55,815 bases of DNA. Origin: a virus. Lineage: Duplodnaviria > Caudoviricetes. The translations under genes and the position numbers were made by a program. Shown here one piece after another: positions 18,546-28,698 of the stretch. The stretch is from IMG/VR virus record IMGVR_UViG_3300013126_000040, positions 1 through 55,815 of that record; one strand, written 5' to 3'. Under the pieces are notes generated by a model. It searched no databases. It had not been told where the DNA came from and was given only the letters and a program-made list of their open reading frames with translations. Each line of letters opens with the position of its first letter. Positions within the stretch are counted from its first letter, which is position 1.

Positions 18546-21500
18546 ATATTTTGATCGTTAATAAATACAAAAGTTTGAGATAATATATCTCCACTCTTAT
18601 CAACTAAATGGATTTTAACAGCAAACATGTTACCATTCTTAATCCAAGAATCATAGTCTTTTGCAATCTTATCAAATAACTGAGTGCCTTTTTTAGAGAA
18701 CGAAAAATCTGGAACAGATAAGTAAATAGGATATGTTTTAACAATATCATCAAATATATATGAGTCAATTAAGTCTGATCCTTTCCATGTGATATTATTT
18801 ATATTATCTATATTCTTCATATATATTAATATCTTATCTAATCCTACATTATGCTCTGGATAGCAAACTATACCAAAATTAAGCGTATTATTTGAAATAG
18901 TTGGTTTCTTGTATTTTATTTGATGAATAGATTCGCTATAATCGAAAACTCTATATCTCCACGCTGCAGATCCAAAAACTCTATTTATAGTTCCATCTAT
19001 TTTGCCAAAAGGATAATTATTTCCTTTCTGATCACCTATAAATTGTGATAATATATAAAATTGTTTATATGGCGCTCTAAGAACTATAGGATCAAAATCT
19101 TGAACACAGCACCCCTTTATACAATCTGTATTATTATTTAATAATGTATAAGGGCATTCCTTTAATATACTAAATTGATTATTATTTAGACTTGTAGCTA
19201 GAAGATAGATATCACCAAAGAAAGGTACATCATCTGGATCTTCAATAACTTTAAATTTAGTTGGGTATACCAAGAATGATATCATTTTCTTTGAATCAAC
19301 TATGTTTTTTTGGTCTATAGATATTCCATCTAAAACAGGATCTGTATCTACCCCACAGGAAGATATAAATTTTGCTACAAAATAATGATAATTTGTTCCA
19401 TTTACTTCTTTGATGCCTTTTTCTAGAATAGTATCTGTGCCCGATATACCTTGAACTATAAAATCCTCTGCGTCTGGAATATCTAATATGAATTCTACTA
19501 TTGCATAAGCATCATCTTTTTGAATACCAGCACTAATAAATTTAACTGCTAGTATATTTTTTGCTTTAAAATAGTTTAAATCATAATTCACGCTTTTAAA
19601 ATCTGCAGTATTTGGAGATTCTAAATCTCCTATATTACCAGGGTCATAGACTCCTAGGTAACTTTCACTGCCATATATTCCTGTGGTAGGAACATCTTCT
19701 GGCGCAAGGAATTCGTATGTGGCATTACTGATATATTTATAAGAATCTAAACATCTATAAGTAGTTTTATATTTATCTCCTATTAAGAAATTGTTATTGT
19801 CTTGAGCGTTAGCTAATGGAAAATAATCATAGAATTCTGGTCCAGAAGCAATTCCGTCGTATTCAAAATCTAACATTCTTGCTCCGCCTTTTTTAAGATA
19901 AGAATCTCTATAATTTTGATTAGGCCAAGCAATATAAGGAAAACTTTCTGGCGTAAAGAAATAAACAATTCCTTGATAACTTGCGGCAATCGTAGAAGTA
20001 TAATTCTTTGTGTCTTTAATAAACTTATTTAAGGTTATATATTTATCAATTAGCTCTGTATTTTGAATATAATATTCTAAACCTTCATTTGTAAATCCAA
20101 TTTCACTTAAATAAGCGTATAAAGAATATGATTGTATAGCGTTCAAGTAGTATATTTTTGCAGAGAAAATATTATCTTTTAGTAAAACACTATCTGGATT
20201 TAAATATGTTGTGATTCGATATTTAGTTTCTGTTTGAGAATCTATTAACTCAACAGAATAGTTCTTCTCCGTATTATTTTCTATTTTATCTAAATTTTTT
20301 AAGAATATAAAATCGTCAGAATAACTCTTAGTTTGTTTGATGTTTATATTTTGTTCATATTTTTGAGGTATAATCACTATAGATTCTAAACCAATATCAA
20401 CAGGAAGCATATCTCCTTTGATTTCAAAAATAATCTTATTATCTTCTAATCTTTTATAATTCTTAAACATTTTTGTTACATTATTTCTAGAGATACTATT
20501 ATGTTGTATTTTTACTATCTTATATCCATCTTGATTTGTATATCTTTCTATATCATTAGCTCTATTAATATTCCCACCAGCAGAAGAGAAGCCGTCTTCA
20601 TCTATTGCTTCTGCAGTTATGTAATATGAATTATAATGACCTGGTTCACTTACTCTTATGTAATCGGTTGGTCTTTCTCCAGTCGTTCCGGTTAGATTAA
20701 GTCTCTTATGTAAGAAAGATTCGGGTGTATCCATCTCTGGATTAAACAATATCGTATTTTCCTCAGAAGAGCCTTTGATATATTTAGTATTAGAAGTTAG
20801 AAATGAGCTATAATTACTACTATAATCAAAAATAAAATATCTATTATTGTCCGAAGGTATCGAAGTGTATTCTGGGGAGCGAATAATATTCGTATCTGAA
20901 ATGGAAATACTCTCATTTACAGAGAAATCTTTATTTATCGAATTACCAGCGGATTGAAAAGCGTAGACATCATTTGATGTGTTTCTTAGTATAGTTTGAT
21001 CAAAAAGAATACCGCTGTTATTTTCTAAGGCTGGAATTACTCGATTATATATTCTAGTATATTTATTTTTAAAATAAGGAGAGAAGTCTTTGTAGAGAAA
21101 GCCTTCGACATTTGCATATTCTGGAGTTGTAGGAGAAGAATAATTTATTTGATATCCTAATAGAGCATAAGGCTCGTTTATAGTAACCACACTTGAATTG
21201 TTACATGATTTCATCGAGCCACTAGAATAATAATTTAAATTTTGTAGACTAACTTCTTTTATTAAATTTTGATAGGGAATCAGACCAGTAAATAAGACCC
21301 CAGAAGATTCTAATCCTAAATTATTCTTAGCAAAAACTGTCAAATAATGTAAACCTGTGTTTTTAGGTATATAATAGAAATATTGATCTGTTTCAGAAAA
21401 CGGTAGTTCTTTTATCAAAAAATTAGAAGGATTATTATTGGGCTCTAAATTGTAAGTATAGTCGCTAAGATATATATTATAACCTTCTCTATTTTCTTTG

Positions 21501-21985
21501 CTTTGTATTGGTTTAATTCTAATTTTAAAGCCTTGAGTATTTTTAGTAATATTAATTACATCAGCTTCTATGGATGGAATATCGGTATCTAAAACCTGAA
21601 ATTCTAAAACATAATTAGCGTCGGAACCTAGCTGCTGTACTCTCAATGTATAATTACCAGGATTATAAGGTGCTGCAACTGATAAAACTTCTTGATTTAT
21701 ATTTCCCGATCCAAAATGCTGTTGGGCCAACATTAAGCCAGGATTATCTCCTACAGTCCATGCGGAACCAGATTGAATGCCCAACCAAGCAACATTATCA
21801 GAAGAACTATAACCTCTAAGAAAAATTTTATCTAATATTTGATTATTCTTTACAAGGAAGGTAAAATAATCACTATTTCCAGCTACAAAACCAATGACAA
21901 AGTCATTACCGTTATTTAAAGTTACAACAGTTGGCGAATCCGTAGAATTAGAAAAAGGGCCGTCTATATTCTCATCCCATATCAT
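18542..21985 (-). CDS. Tail tip/fibre protein with N-terminal beta-sandwich and FN3-like domain (probable detached gpJ C-terminal part)
   Basis: 1147 aa, downstream of gpJ with an AAGGAG RBS. DYFTF...GNYTLRVQ PPC-like domain; GYNIY...YLTVFAKNNLGLES FN3-like domain. Confidence 0.55.
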   Translation of the reverse strand: MIWDENIDGPFSNSTDSPTVVTLNNGNDFVIGFVAGNSDYFTFLVKNNQILDKIFLRGYSSSDNVAWLGIQSGSAWTVGDNPGLMLAQQHFGSGNINQEVLSVAAPYNPGNYTLRVQQLGSDANYVLEFQVLDTDIPSIEADVINITKNTQGFKIRIKPIQSKENREGYNIYLSDYTYNLEPNNNPSNFLIKELPFSETDQYFYYIPKNTGLHYLTVFAKNNLGLESSGVLFTGLIPYQNLIKEVSLQNLNYYSSGSMKSCNNSSVVTINEPYALLGYQINYSSPTTPEYANVEGFLYKDFSPYFKNKYTRIYNRVIPALENNSGILFDQTILRNTSNDVYAFQSAGNSINKDFSVNESISISDTNIIRSPEYTSIPSDNNRYFIFDYSSNYSSFLTSNTKYIKGSSEENTILFNPEMDTPESFLHKRLNLTGTTGERPTDYIRVSEPGHYNSYYITAEAIDEDGFSSAGGNINRANDIERYTNQDGYKIVKIQHNSISRNNVTKMFKNYKRLEDNKIIFEIKGDMLPVDIGLESIVIIPQKYEQNINIKQTKSYSDDFIFLKNLDKIENNTEKNYSVELIDSQTETKYRITTYLNPDSVLLKDNIFSAKIYYLNAIQSYSLYAYLSEIGFTNEGLEYYIQNTELIDKYITLNKFIKDTKNYTSTIAASYQGIVYFFTPESFPYIAWPNQNYRDSYLKKGGARMLDFEYDGIASGPEFYDYFPLANAQDNNNFLIGDKYKTTYRCLDSYKYISNATYEFLAPEDVPTTGIYGSESYLGVYDPGNIGDLESPNTADFKSVNYDLNYFKAKNILAVKFISAGIQKDDAYAIVEFILDIPDAEDFIVQGISGTDTILEKGIKEVNGTNYHYFVAKFISSCGVDTDPVLDGISIDQKNIVDSKKMISFLVYPTKFKVIEDPDDVPFFGDIYLLATSLNNNQFSILKECPYTLLNNNTDCIKGCCVQDFDPIVLRAPYKQFYILSQFIGDQKGNNYPFGKIDGTINRVFGSAAWRYRVFDYSESIHQIKYKKPTISNNTLNFGIVCYPEHNVGLDKILIYMKNIDNINNITWKGSDLIDSYIFDDIVKTYPIYLSVPDFSFSKKGTQLFDKIAKDYDSWIKNGNMFAVKIHLVDKSGDILSQTFVFINDQNI

Positions 21986-22008
21986 CTTTTAACTCCTTTT
22001 CCTGTTCA

Positions 22009-25000
22009 TTAAATATTATCTCCTAAAGCGTATTTTGTTTCATCATATTGTAAAGCTGTTACTTTATATCTATATTCTTCTTGCTCTTCAATATCTAAAA
22101 TTCTAAATTTTTGGGTTTTATCTATATATGGCTCTAATGCTGCTCCTGGATATTTAACTCCAGGATCACTAAATCCAGAAACACTTGGGCTTTTATTGTA
22201 ATCATAACTATCTGGATCTATTTCTATTGTCCAGACTGTATTTTGCATTAAAGTATGTTCTGTGTCATCTAAAGATTGTCCACCAAAATAAATTTTTGTA
22301 TATCCTTGAAAATTACCTGTTGGTTCTATAGTTACATAATTTCCAAATACATTTGTTCCTACAGGATTCGAAATTGAATAATCTGTTTCATATTTTATTG
22401 TTTGAATTTGTTTTTTCCTTATAAGAGATGTATCTAAACCTGAAATTAAAGTTCTTTGTCCGTCAGATTTAGCTACAGTAAATGGTCTATTATTATCCGC
22501 TCCAAACTCTATGACTGCATTTCCAGTTTCTGTGCCTATTTCAACGTTTCCTGCGGGAGTTAATACATTAAAATTACATCCATTTATTGCTGGTAAAAAT
22601 CCAGAAATATCTTCGTATTTAATATCTAAGATAGCATAATTTTTCTCTAATAAATATGTTCTTCCTCCTAAAATTTTATTTTGTCTATTTTGGTCTTGTA
22701 CATACACAATGTCTCCAGGTTTTAAATACATCGCTGGCAAACTGGTCTCAAAAGTAACTAATTCTGACTCTAAATTTTCTGATAGTAATGTCCATTTTCC
22801 TAATCTTTCGGCTTGTCCTTCGCTTGTGCAACCAAAAGCGCTTACTTCTATTTCTTTTATACCAAACCTAATTAGACCTTCTCTACTTTCTACATATTTT
22901 ACTGCTGGCTTATAAAAATTTTCTTTATCATTATATCTAACTAGCGCGACATTTCTTCTTACTCTTTTACTTGTATTACTATATGTAAATTCGCCATCTT
23001 TTACATTACTATTATTAAATATATATAATGGCTCTTTAGGCTTGTCTTGAGAAGTAAATATTAATCCAGCATTATAGAAAACAATTGCTCTAAAAATACT
23101 AGCCATGTCATTAACTACTTTATAAGCATCTTCTCTTGTGCTAATTAATACGTTACAAGTAAATCTAGGCTCCATTCCATCTCCTGCTCCTCCAGAGCTG
23201 ACTAATTGATCACAATATTTTGAGATCTCATAAAGAGTCCATTTATCTGTTAAATCTGGATCTACATATTTACCCAGTCCATATCTTTTGTTTGTTATTA
23301 AATCATAGAAACACCAAGCTGGGTTGTCTGTCCATCCTAAATTAAAATTTCCATCCCAAATTCCGGTATAAGTTCTAGAATAAGGATTATAATTGCTAGG
23401 TATTTTTACTTTTAATAATCTTGTATCATAAGCTCTTTGTGGAATACTGGTAAAATATCTAGAATCAAAAGTCGTTATAACTCCTGCGGTATGTGGTAAG
23501 ACTAAGAAATCATCATATATTTCAGTTACAGAATCTATCGCACTTTTTACAACTATATTTGGGTCAACACTCTCATCATAAACTGGTTCAATTTCTATTT
23601 CCCATCCCACAGTTGTTGATCTTACATATCGATTTAAACCAGTCCATTCAAACGTTTCGATATATGGTCCTTGATTTAATTTACCCGCAATTGTTAATGT
23701 TGAATAATCTCTAGCTTCTCCGGCTAATAATCTTTGTCTTTTATTAATATAATCCTCTAAAGATGTACGAAAATCACGTTGTAATTTATTAACGTCATTT
23801 GCGTATGTTGTATATACTTTGCCGTCATGTCTATGAGAATAAGTAGTTCTTCCATTAATAAATTCTGTGAAATTAGCTGGTTGTCTTTTGTATCCATCGG
23901 GTCCTGGTCCACCTCCTGGAGAATCTGGAGGCCAGAATAAAGATAATACATCATTTTCTTTACTGTATACAGTATTGTAATATGTTTCTTCGCTTATTGT
24001 AAATGTACCTGATGAGGCTCCAGTATAATTTGGATTTGGTATAAGAGTTACTTGTTTACCAATGTTTGGTATATAATCTATTCTCTTTAAGTAAAGATAA
24101 AAAGTCATTTCCTGACGGTCTACTCTTCCACTTACAGAATTTTTTGAGGCTTGATCTGCGCTGTCCCAAATAGTTAAATCAATAATATTTTTAAACAAAC
24201 TCAAAGCTTTTATGTTAAGTCTTAGCCCATATAAATCTTTAGTTAAGATTGTTAATGATTTTTTATAAGTTCTATAACTTCCATCTTGGAATTTTCTTCT
24301 ACCAAATAATTTAGTACCTACGACTTTTGTATTTGTTAGTCTACGTGGCATCTTTATTTTTGATAGTAAGGTATTTGAATTTTGATCATATAAAGATACA
24401 GTATCTAAATATTGTCCATTATTAACTTTTCTTGCATAAAAAGGTTCTTCTAGTTTTATGTTTCTTAATTCGCTTAATCTCGTGTGTCTTGGAGCAGAAT
24501 CACCATAATCATAAGCTAATCGAATAAATTCAAAATTTAAACTACCTCTTTCTGGAAAGGTATTGTCTGCAATAGGTATTTCATTCCAGTATATTGATCT
24601 TAGCAAAGAGTCTGTTCCTTGATATTTGACTATTCGAACTCCATTTTTATATCCTATATCTCCTATTTGTGCTCCTACATTTGGTACTATTTCATAGTCT
24701 ACAATACCTTCAATAGGCCCTTCTCCAAGAACATCTAATAAGGATATATTTGTTAAAGAAGTGATACCTATATCTTTTGTATCTTTTAATTTATTTCCAT
24801 ACCTAAATGCATAGTTATTTATTTGCTGCTTATCTCCTGCTCTGCTTACTATAGTATGACAATTGGCTGGAACTTTAGAATTTGGCAATTTATAATTATC
24901 ATTCCAGTTTCTAGTGCCTTTTCTATTTGCTCCATAACGATTATGAACAAATATACCTTCTGCGATATAATTATGATATTTCTCTACTTCGAAATTATAT

Positions 25001-27375
25001 ACTTTTTCAAATCCATCGGGCTCTATTGTAATAATCTTTAATTTCTTTTTATTGAAAGTATATAAATAGTCTCCAACTTTTATATCTAAAAGTAATTTAT
25101 ATTCATTATCGTTTGTTAAAAATGGATGACATTTTGTGCATCTTATTTGTGATCCATCTTCTAATACTACTTTAGTAATTGGCTCCAAATCTTGACCTTC
25201 ATCGAAAATTTCAGATATTTTAGATATTTTTAAATCTTGAGTATAATCATCATAACCATAGACTTCATCATCTTTCTTTAATTCTTCTATATTTTTTAAT
25301 CCGCTTGGAGTATATACTTTAGTTCCAGCTGGAAAGCATCTGCTAGAATACGAACATGAATATACATCTCCTGCTTGTGTAGTATATGTACCTATATACA
25401 TAGTAAATCTAGTGAATACCTTGTTAAAAGCACAAGTATCAGCTATATGTACATAAAATGTATATGTACCATTTGCATTTGGTATGCCATTAGGATATCT
25501 TAAAAGATTACTTTTTGATAATCTTGAATTTGCTGTTGGAGAACTTCTTTCTAAAGAACCTCCATCAAATATTACTTGATGTTCTACTTGAGTTGGACTA
25601 ATTGTAATAGTCGGTACATTTTCTGCTTGATTTGCGCTAATGGAAGTTCTAATAGTATTCGTTGCAACTACTGATAAATCTTCTACAAATGGAGTAGATG
25701 CAGGTCCACTAGCATTTGCGTCTGGAGTATAACAAACATTCCCTAAACGATCTGCTTGATTTGTTAAAGCAAATTGAATAGCATAATTTCCTCTAACAGA
25801 AGTACTAAATTCTCCATTTCTTGCGTTTGCAGCCGTTGGATCATCTATTTGTAACCAAAAACAAGTTTCTGGGTCTACTCCTTGTCCAGGAGAAAAAGTG
25901 GTATTTGGAACAGTGGCGCCTATATTTGTAATACCACCAGGTTTTCCATCTTTTCTTATAGTTTCAAATTCATTTCTATTTATCTTTTTAAAGCTTAAAA
26001 TTTCGTCTCCGTTACTAGCTAAATTCAAAACAATTTTATTATTTTTTATAATATCAAAATTCCATGATGGTAATCCAATTCTGCTTGGATAACTATTCGC
26101 TGCTGTAGGTCTATTATTTACTGTATATGGATTAAAGTTGAATGTTAATGTAGCTGTTGAACTTGATCCTTTAGCATTAGAGCAACTAGCGTAAGCATAA
26201 AATGTACCTGCATGCCTTGGAGTTCCTGTGATATGTTTGCTTGTGGAATTAAATACTAATCCTTCTGGCAAAGAAGATACAGCGAGAATTGTATGTTTAT
26301 TATTTAATCCAGCTAAAGTTTGATTTCCAATCGCTGTTCCTACCGTGCCTGTAAAAGTTTTAGCTGATACAGTTGGTAAGGGGTCAGTAGTTTTTTGCAC
26401 GCCATATAGTATAGACAAATTAAAGTCTTTTCTATTACCTGCGTCTGAATTTGGTCCATAGACTTTAAAACTTAAAGTTGCAGTTTTAATATCTGCGCCA
26501 ATGCTTAAAGATACTGATCCACTAATAGTTTTAGTATTTGGATTCCATGTTAGCCCTAGATTTTGTAAAATATTTAAAGAATTTGAATCTAAACTGGCAC
26601 TATATTGATTGCTTGGTATATTTGTAGTTAAACTATAACTAAAGGCTTGACCTCTAAAAGCATGTGTAGTTGGGGCACTAGTTACATTAATTGGATCATT
26701 TCCATATTGATCTGTGCTTTTTATTGTTAAACTTTTAGAAGCTTTGAATGTTTCTAACTGCGATGTTTTATTTTTACCACTACCAACGCTAATAAATCTA
26801 TTACCATTTAATATAGATTCAATAATTCCAGTATAATATCCAACATAATTAATTCTATCTTTTACAAATGCTATATTCGTACTATTTCCATTTGCAAATC
26901 TTAATCTATCACTAGAATTTAAATCTGCTAATACTCCAAAATCTGTATAATTTAAATAAGATACTACTTGTTCCAATTGGACATTAAAAGAAAAAGCTGT
27001 GCCCACTCTTGATGTTGTTGTCGCTGAACTTAAAATAGCAGCAGCGGTTGGATTTACTCCTGGAGTACCATACATAACTAATCCATTCACAAAACTCCAA
27101 ACAAACCAAAATCCATTTCCTCTATCTACTCCTTCAATACTAACTTGATTAGTTGATGATTCAGGTAAAGGATTAGGATAAGTCGTGCTTGCTGAAAAGA
27201 TTGGATTATATGCGTCTACTAAATCATCTACATCTGCTAAAGTAATATCACTTGAACTAGGTTTTCCTACATCATTATATATTGCATATCCATCGTAAGA
27301 AACGCCATTTTTACCTCTCCAGGCTAGCCCTTCGATATATTTATTTGGATCACAATCTTTACATTTCTTTGCCAT
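22009..27375 (-). CDS. Central tail fibre/tip protein, lambda gpJ-like, with N-terminal Ig-like domains and a Hint domain
   Basis: gpJ motifs DVLGEGPIEG, VKIPSNYNP..RTYTG.WDG.F, WTDNPAWCFYDL.T..RYGLG, EPRFTCN, AFGCTSEGQA.RLG.W. He_PIG-like LPEGL.F......ITGTP in the N-terminal extension. Confidence 0.92.
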   Translation of the reverse strand: MAKKCKDCDPNKYIEGLAWRGKNGVSYDGYAIYNDVGKPSSSDITLADVDDLVDAYNPIFSASTTYPNPLPESSTNQVSIEGVDRGNGFWFVWSFVNGLVMYGTPGVNPTAAAILSSATTTSRVGTAFSFNVQLEQVVSYLNYTDFGVLADLNSSDRLRFANGNSTNIAFVKDRINYVGYYTGIIESILNGNRFISVGSGKNKTSQLETFKASKSLTIKSTDQYGNDPINVTSAPTTHAFRGQAFSYSLTTNIPSNQYSASLDSNSLNILQNLGLTWNPNTKTISGSVSLSIGADIKTATLSFKVYGPNSDAGNRKDFNLSILYGVQKTTDPLPTVSAKTFTGTVGTAIGNQTLAGLNNKHTILAVSSLPEGLVFNSTSKHITGTPRHAGTFYAYASCSNAKGSSSTATLTFNFNPYTVNNRPTAANSYPSRIGLPSWNFDIIKNNKIVLNLASNGDEILSFKKINRNEFETIRKDGKPGGITNIGATVPNTTFSPGQGVDPETCFWLQIDDPTAANARNGEFSTSVRGNYAIQFALTNQADRLGNVCYTPDANASGPASTPFVEDLSVVATNTIRTSISANQAENVPTITISPTQVEHQVIFDGGSLERSSPTANSRLSKSNLLRYPNGIPNANGTYTFYVHIADTCAFNKVFTRFTMYIGTYTTQAGDVYSCSYSSRCFPAGTKVYTPSGLKNIEELKKDDEVYGYDDYTQDLKISKISEIFDEGQDLEPITKVVLEDGSQIRCTKCHPFLTNDNEYKLLLDIKVGDYLYTFNKKKLKIITIEPDGFEKVYNFEVEKYHNYIAEGIFVHNRYGANRKGTRNWNDNYKLPNSKVPANCHTIVSRAGDKQQINNYAFRYGNKLKDTKDIGITSLTNISLLDVLGEGPIEGIVDYEIVPNVGAQIGDIGYKNGVRIVKYQGTDSLLRSIYWNEIPIADNTFPERGSLNFEFIRLAYDYGDSAPRHTRLSELRNIKLEEPFYARKVNNGQYLDTVSLYDQNSNTLLSKIKMPRRLTNTKVVGTKLFGRRKFQDGSYRTYKKSLTILTKDLYGLRLNIKALSLFKNIIDLTIWDSADQASKNSVSGRVDRQEMTFYLYLKRIDYIPNIGKQVTLIPNPNYTGASSGTFTISEETYYNTVYSKENDVLSLFWPPDSPGGGPGPDGYKRQPANFTEFINGRTTYSHRHDGKVYTTYANDVNKLQRDFRTSLEDYINKRQRLLAGEARDYSTLTIAGKLNQGPYIETFEWTGLNRYVRSTTVGWEIEIEPVYDESVDPNIVVKSAIDSVTEIYDDFLVLPHTAGVITTFDSRYFTSIPQRAYDTRLLKVKIPSNYNPYSRTYTGIWDGNFNLGWTDNPAWCFYDLITNKRYGLGKYVDPDLTDKWTLYEISKYCDQLVSSGGAGDGMEPRFTCNVLISTREDAYKVVNDMASIFRAIVFYNAGLIFTSQDKPKEPLYIFNNSNVKDGEFTYSNTSKRVRRNVALVRYNDKENFYKPAVKYVESREGLIRFGIKEIEVSAFGCTSEGQAERLGKWTLLSENLESELVTFETSLPAMYLKPGDIVYVQDQNRQNKILGGRTYLLEKNYAILDIKYEDISGFLPAINGCNFNVLTPAGNVEIGTETGNAVIEFGADNNRPFTVAKSDGQRTLISGLDTSLIRKKQIQTIKYETDYSISNPVGTNVFGNYVTIEPTGNFQGYTKIYFGGQSLDDTEHTLMQNTVWTIEIDPDSYDYNKSPSVSGFSDPGVKYPGAALEPYIDKTQKFRILDIEEQEEYRYKVTALQYDETKYALGDNI
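24940..25338 (-). other. Hint (BIL-type) autoprocessing domain in gpJ, 133 aa
   Basis: CFPAGTKV start, TKCH block B, KVYNFEV..YHNYIA.GIFVHN end. The +1 residue is Arg; no endonuclease domain. Confidence 0.9.
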
Positions 27376-27378
27376 AAA

Positions 27379-28698
27379 TTAAATTGATAATGAATTATCT
27401 CCTATTGAATTTCCTTGAATGTCTTGAATATTTATAGGATATCCTTGATGAGAAAAATAAAAGCTTTTTGTAGGATAATTTTTTTCTCCTGCGCCAACAC
27501 CAATCGGAGCTTTACCATCGCTTTCATATTTATTTGCTCTTGATTGAATTCTGTATAATTGATCGTAAGAACTAAAAATTTGTTGACTACCTATGATTAG
27601 TCTACCATAGCCAATTGGTACTGGACCTCCTTCTCCAATAGTATTAACTGGACCATTAAATGTATAAGATGGTTCTCCACCTCCTGTATCTGGAGATGCC
27701 TCAAAATCTGCTGAAGGATTTGCTATCTGTTGAGGACTAACCATAGGTGGCGGTTTCATCAACAACATAGAAACTCCAAGAGCTACTAAACCTAAAATAG
27801 CTGGCGCCAACAGTCCTAATATACCCAATGAACCTCCACCAGATACAGGAGCTAATAATATACTTAAAAATACAGCAAAAATACTTTTAAATCCACCTCC
27901 ACCACCTGCCCCCTTGCCTCCACCGCCACCTCCTTTTCCTCCTCCTCCATTATGCACCAAAATATTATTGGCTATGTAAGTATGATTTTTCATTACATGA
28001 AAATTATAAACTTTTTCATTTCCATCTTCTTCTATTCTTTCAATAGGCATTACATCTCCACTTTTATGAATTAGAACGTCTCCAACTTTAAAATTTTCAA
28101 GAGGACTAAATCTATTGTATTCATTAAAAAACCAATGATTTCCTGTGCTTCTAATAATTGATCCATCCCATAATGTAATTTTTAGAATTTTATTGTTCTC
28201 GTGCTCAAATACTTTTTCAATGATATCAATTTGTATATTTTTGTCTTTATCAAAAGATAAAATTTCGTCTCCTTCTTTTAAATCTTCTATATTTTTTTCT
28301 CCTTGAGGTGTTGAAACTTTAGTGCCAGCCGGAAAGCAACCTTGTGGTCCTCCGCCTCCTCCGCCACCTGCCCCTTCTACTATTGGTATAATATCTATAG
28401 TTTTTAACATAGATCCAAAGTTCATAAACATTTCTGATTCAGATAATTTTGCAAAATGTTTTTTATTAACGTCTTTATAATCTAGAGGCATTTCTTCTGC
28501 CTCTGGAACCCATAATGGACGATGATTAATTAATATTTCATATTTAGCGTTTTTCTCAGACTGATCGATGAAAAGCTTTGTTAGTTTGTTTGTGTTAGCT
28601 TCTATAGCTCTAAAAGCTTCTGCTACACTAGAGACATTTAGATCCCATTCCTCACCAATTTCTTGGCCCAAGTATCCATGTAGTTTGACCTTAACCAT
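27379..28698 (-). CDS. Tail assembly protein, lambda gpI-like (ubiquitin-like N-domain), with a Hint domain
   Basis: VKLHGYLG...V.SVAEA.RAI...IIPIVEGAG Ubl region; hydrophobic segment; SYTFNGPVNT..EG.PVPIGYGR..IGS gpI C-terminal motif. Confidence 0.92.
   Translation of the reverse strand: MVKVKLHGYLGQEIGEEWDLNVSSVAEAFRAIEANTNKLTKLFIDQSEKNAKYEILINHRPLWVPEAEEMPLDYKDVNKKHFAKLSESEMFMNFGSMLKTIDIIPIVEGAGGGGGGGPQGCFPAGTKVSTPQGEKNIEDLKEGDEILSFDKDKNIQIDIIEKVFEHENNKILKITLWDGSIIRSTGNHWFFNEYNRFSPLENFKVGDVLIHKSGDVMPIERIEEDGNEKVYNFHVMKNHTYIANNILVHNGGGGKGGGGGGKGAGGGGGFKSIFAVFLSILLAPVSGGGSLGILGLLAPAILGLVALGVSMLLMKPPPMVSPQQIANPSADFEASPDTGGGEPSYTFNGPVNTIGEGGPVPIGYGRLIIGSQQIFSSYDQLYRIQSRANKYESDGKAPIGVGAGEKNYPTKSFYFSHQGYPINIQDIQGNSIGDNSLSI
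27949..28338 (-). other. Hint (BIL-type) autoprocessing domain in gpI, 130 aa
   Basis: CFPAGTKV start, TGNH block B, KVYNFHV..NHTYIA..ILVHN end. The +1 residue is Gly; poly-Gly flanks on both sides. Confidence 0.9.

Noticed and set aside
24940-28338. Hints as canonical mobile inteins
   Set aside because: No +1 Cys/Ser/Thr, no endonuclease, and both sit at domain boundaries.
25338-28338. Exactly 3000-bp spacing of the two Hint starts
   Set aside because: The intervening sequence is not duplicated, so this is treated as coincidence.
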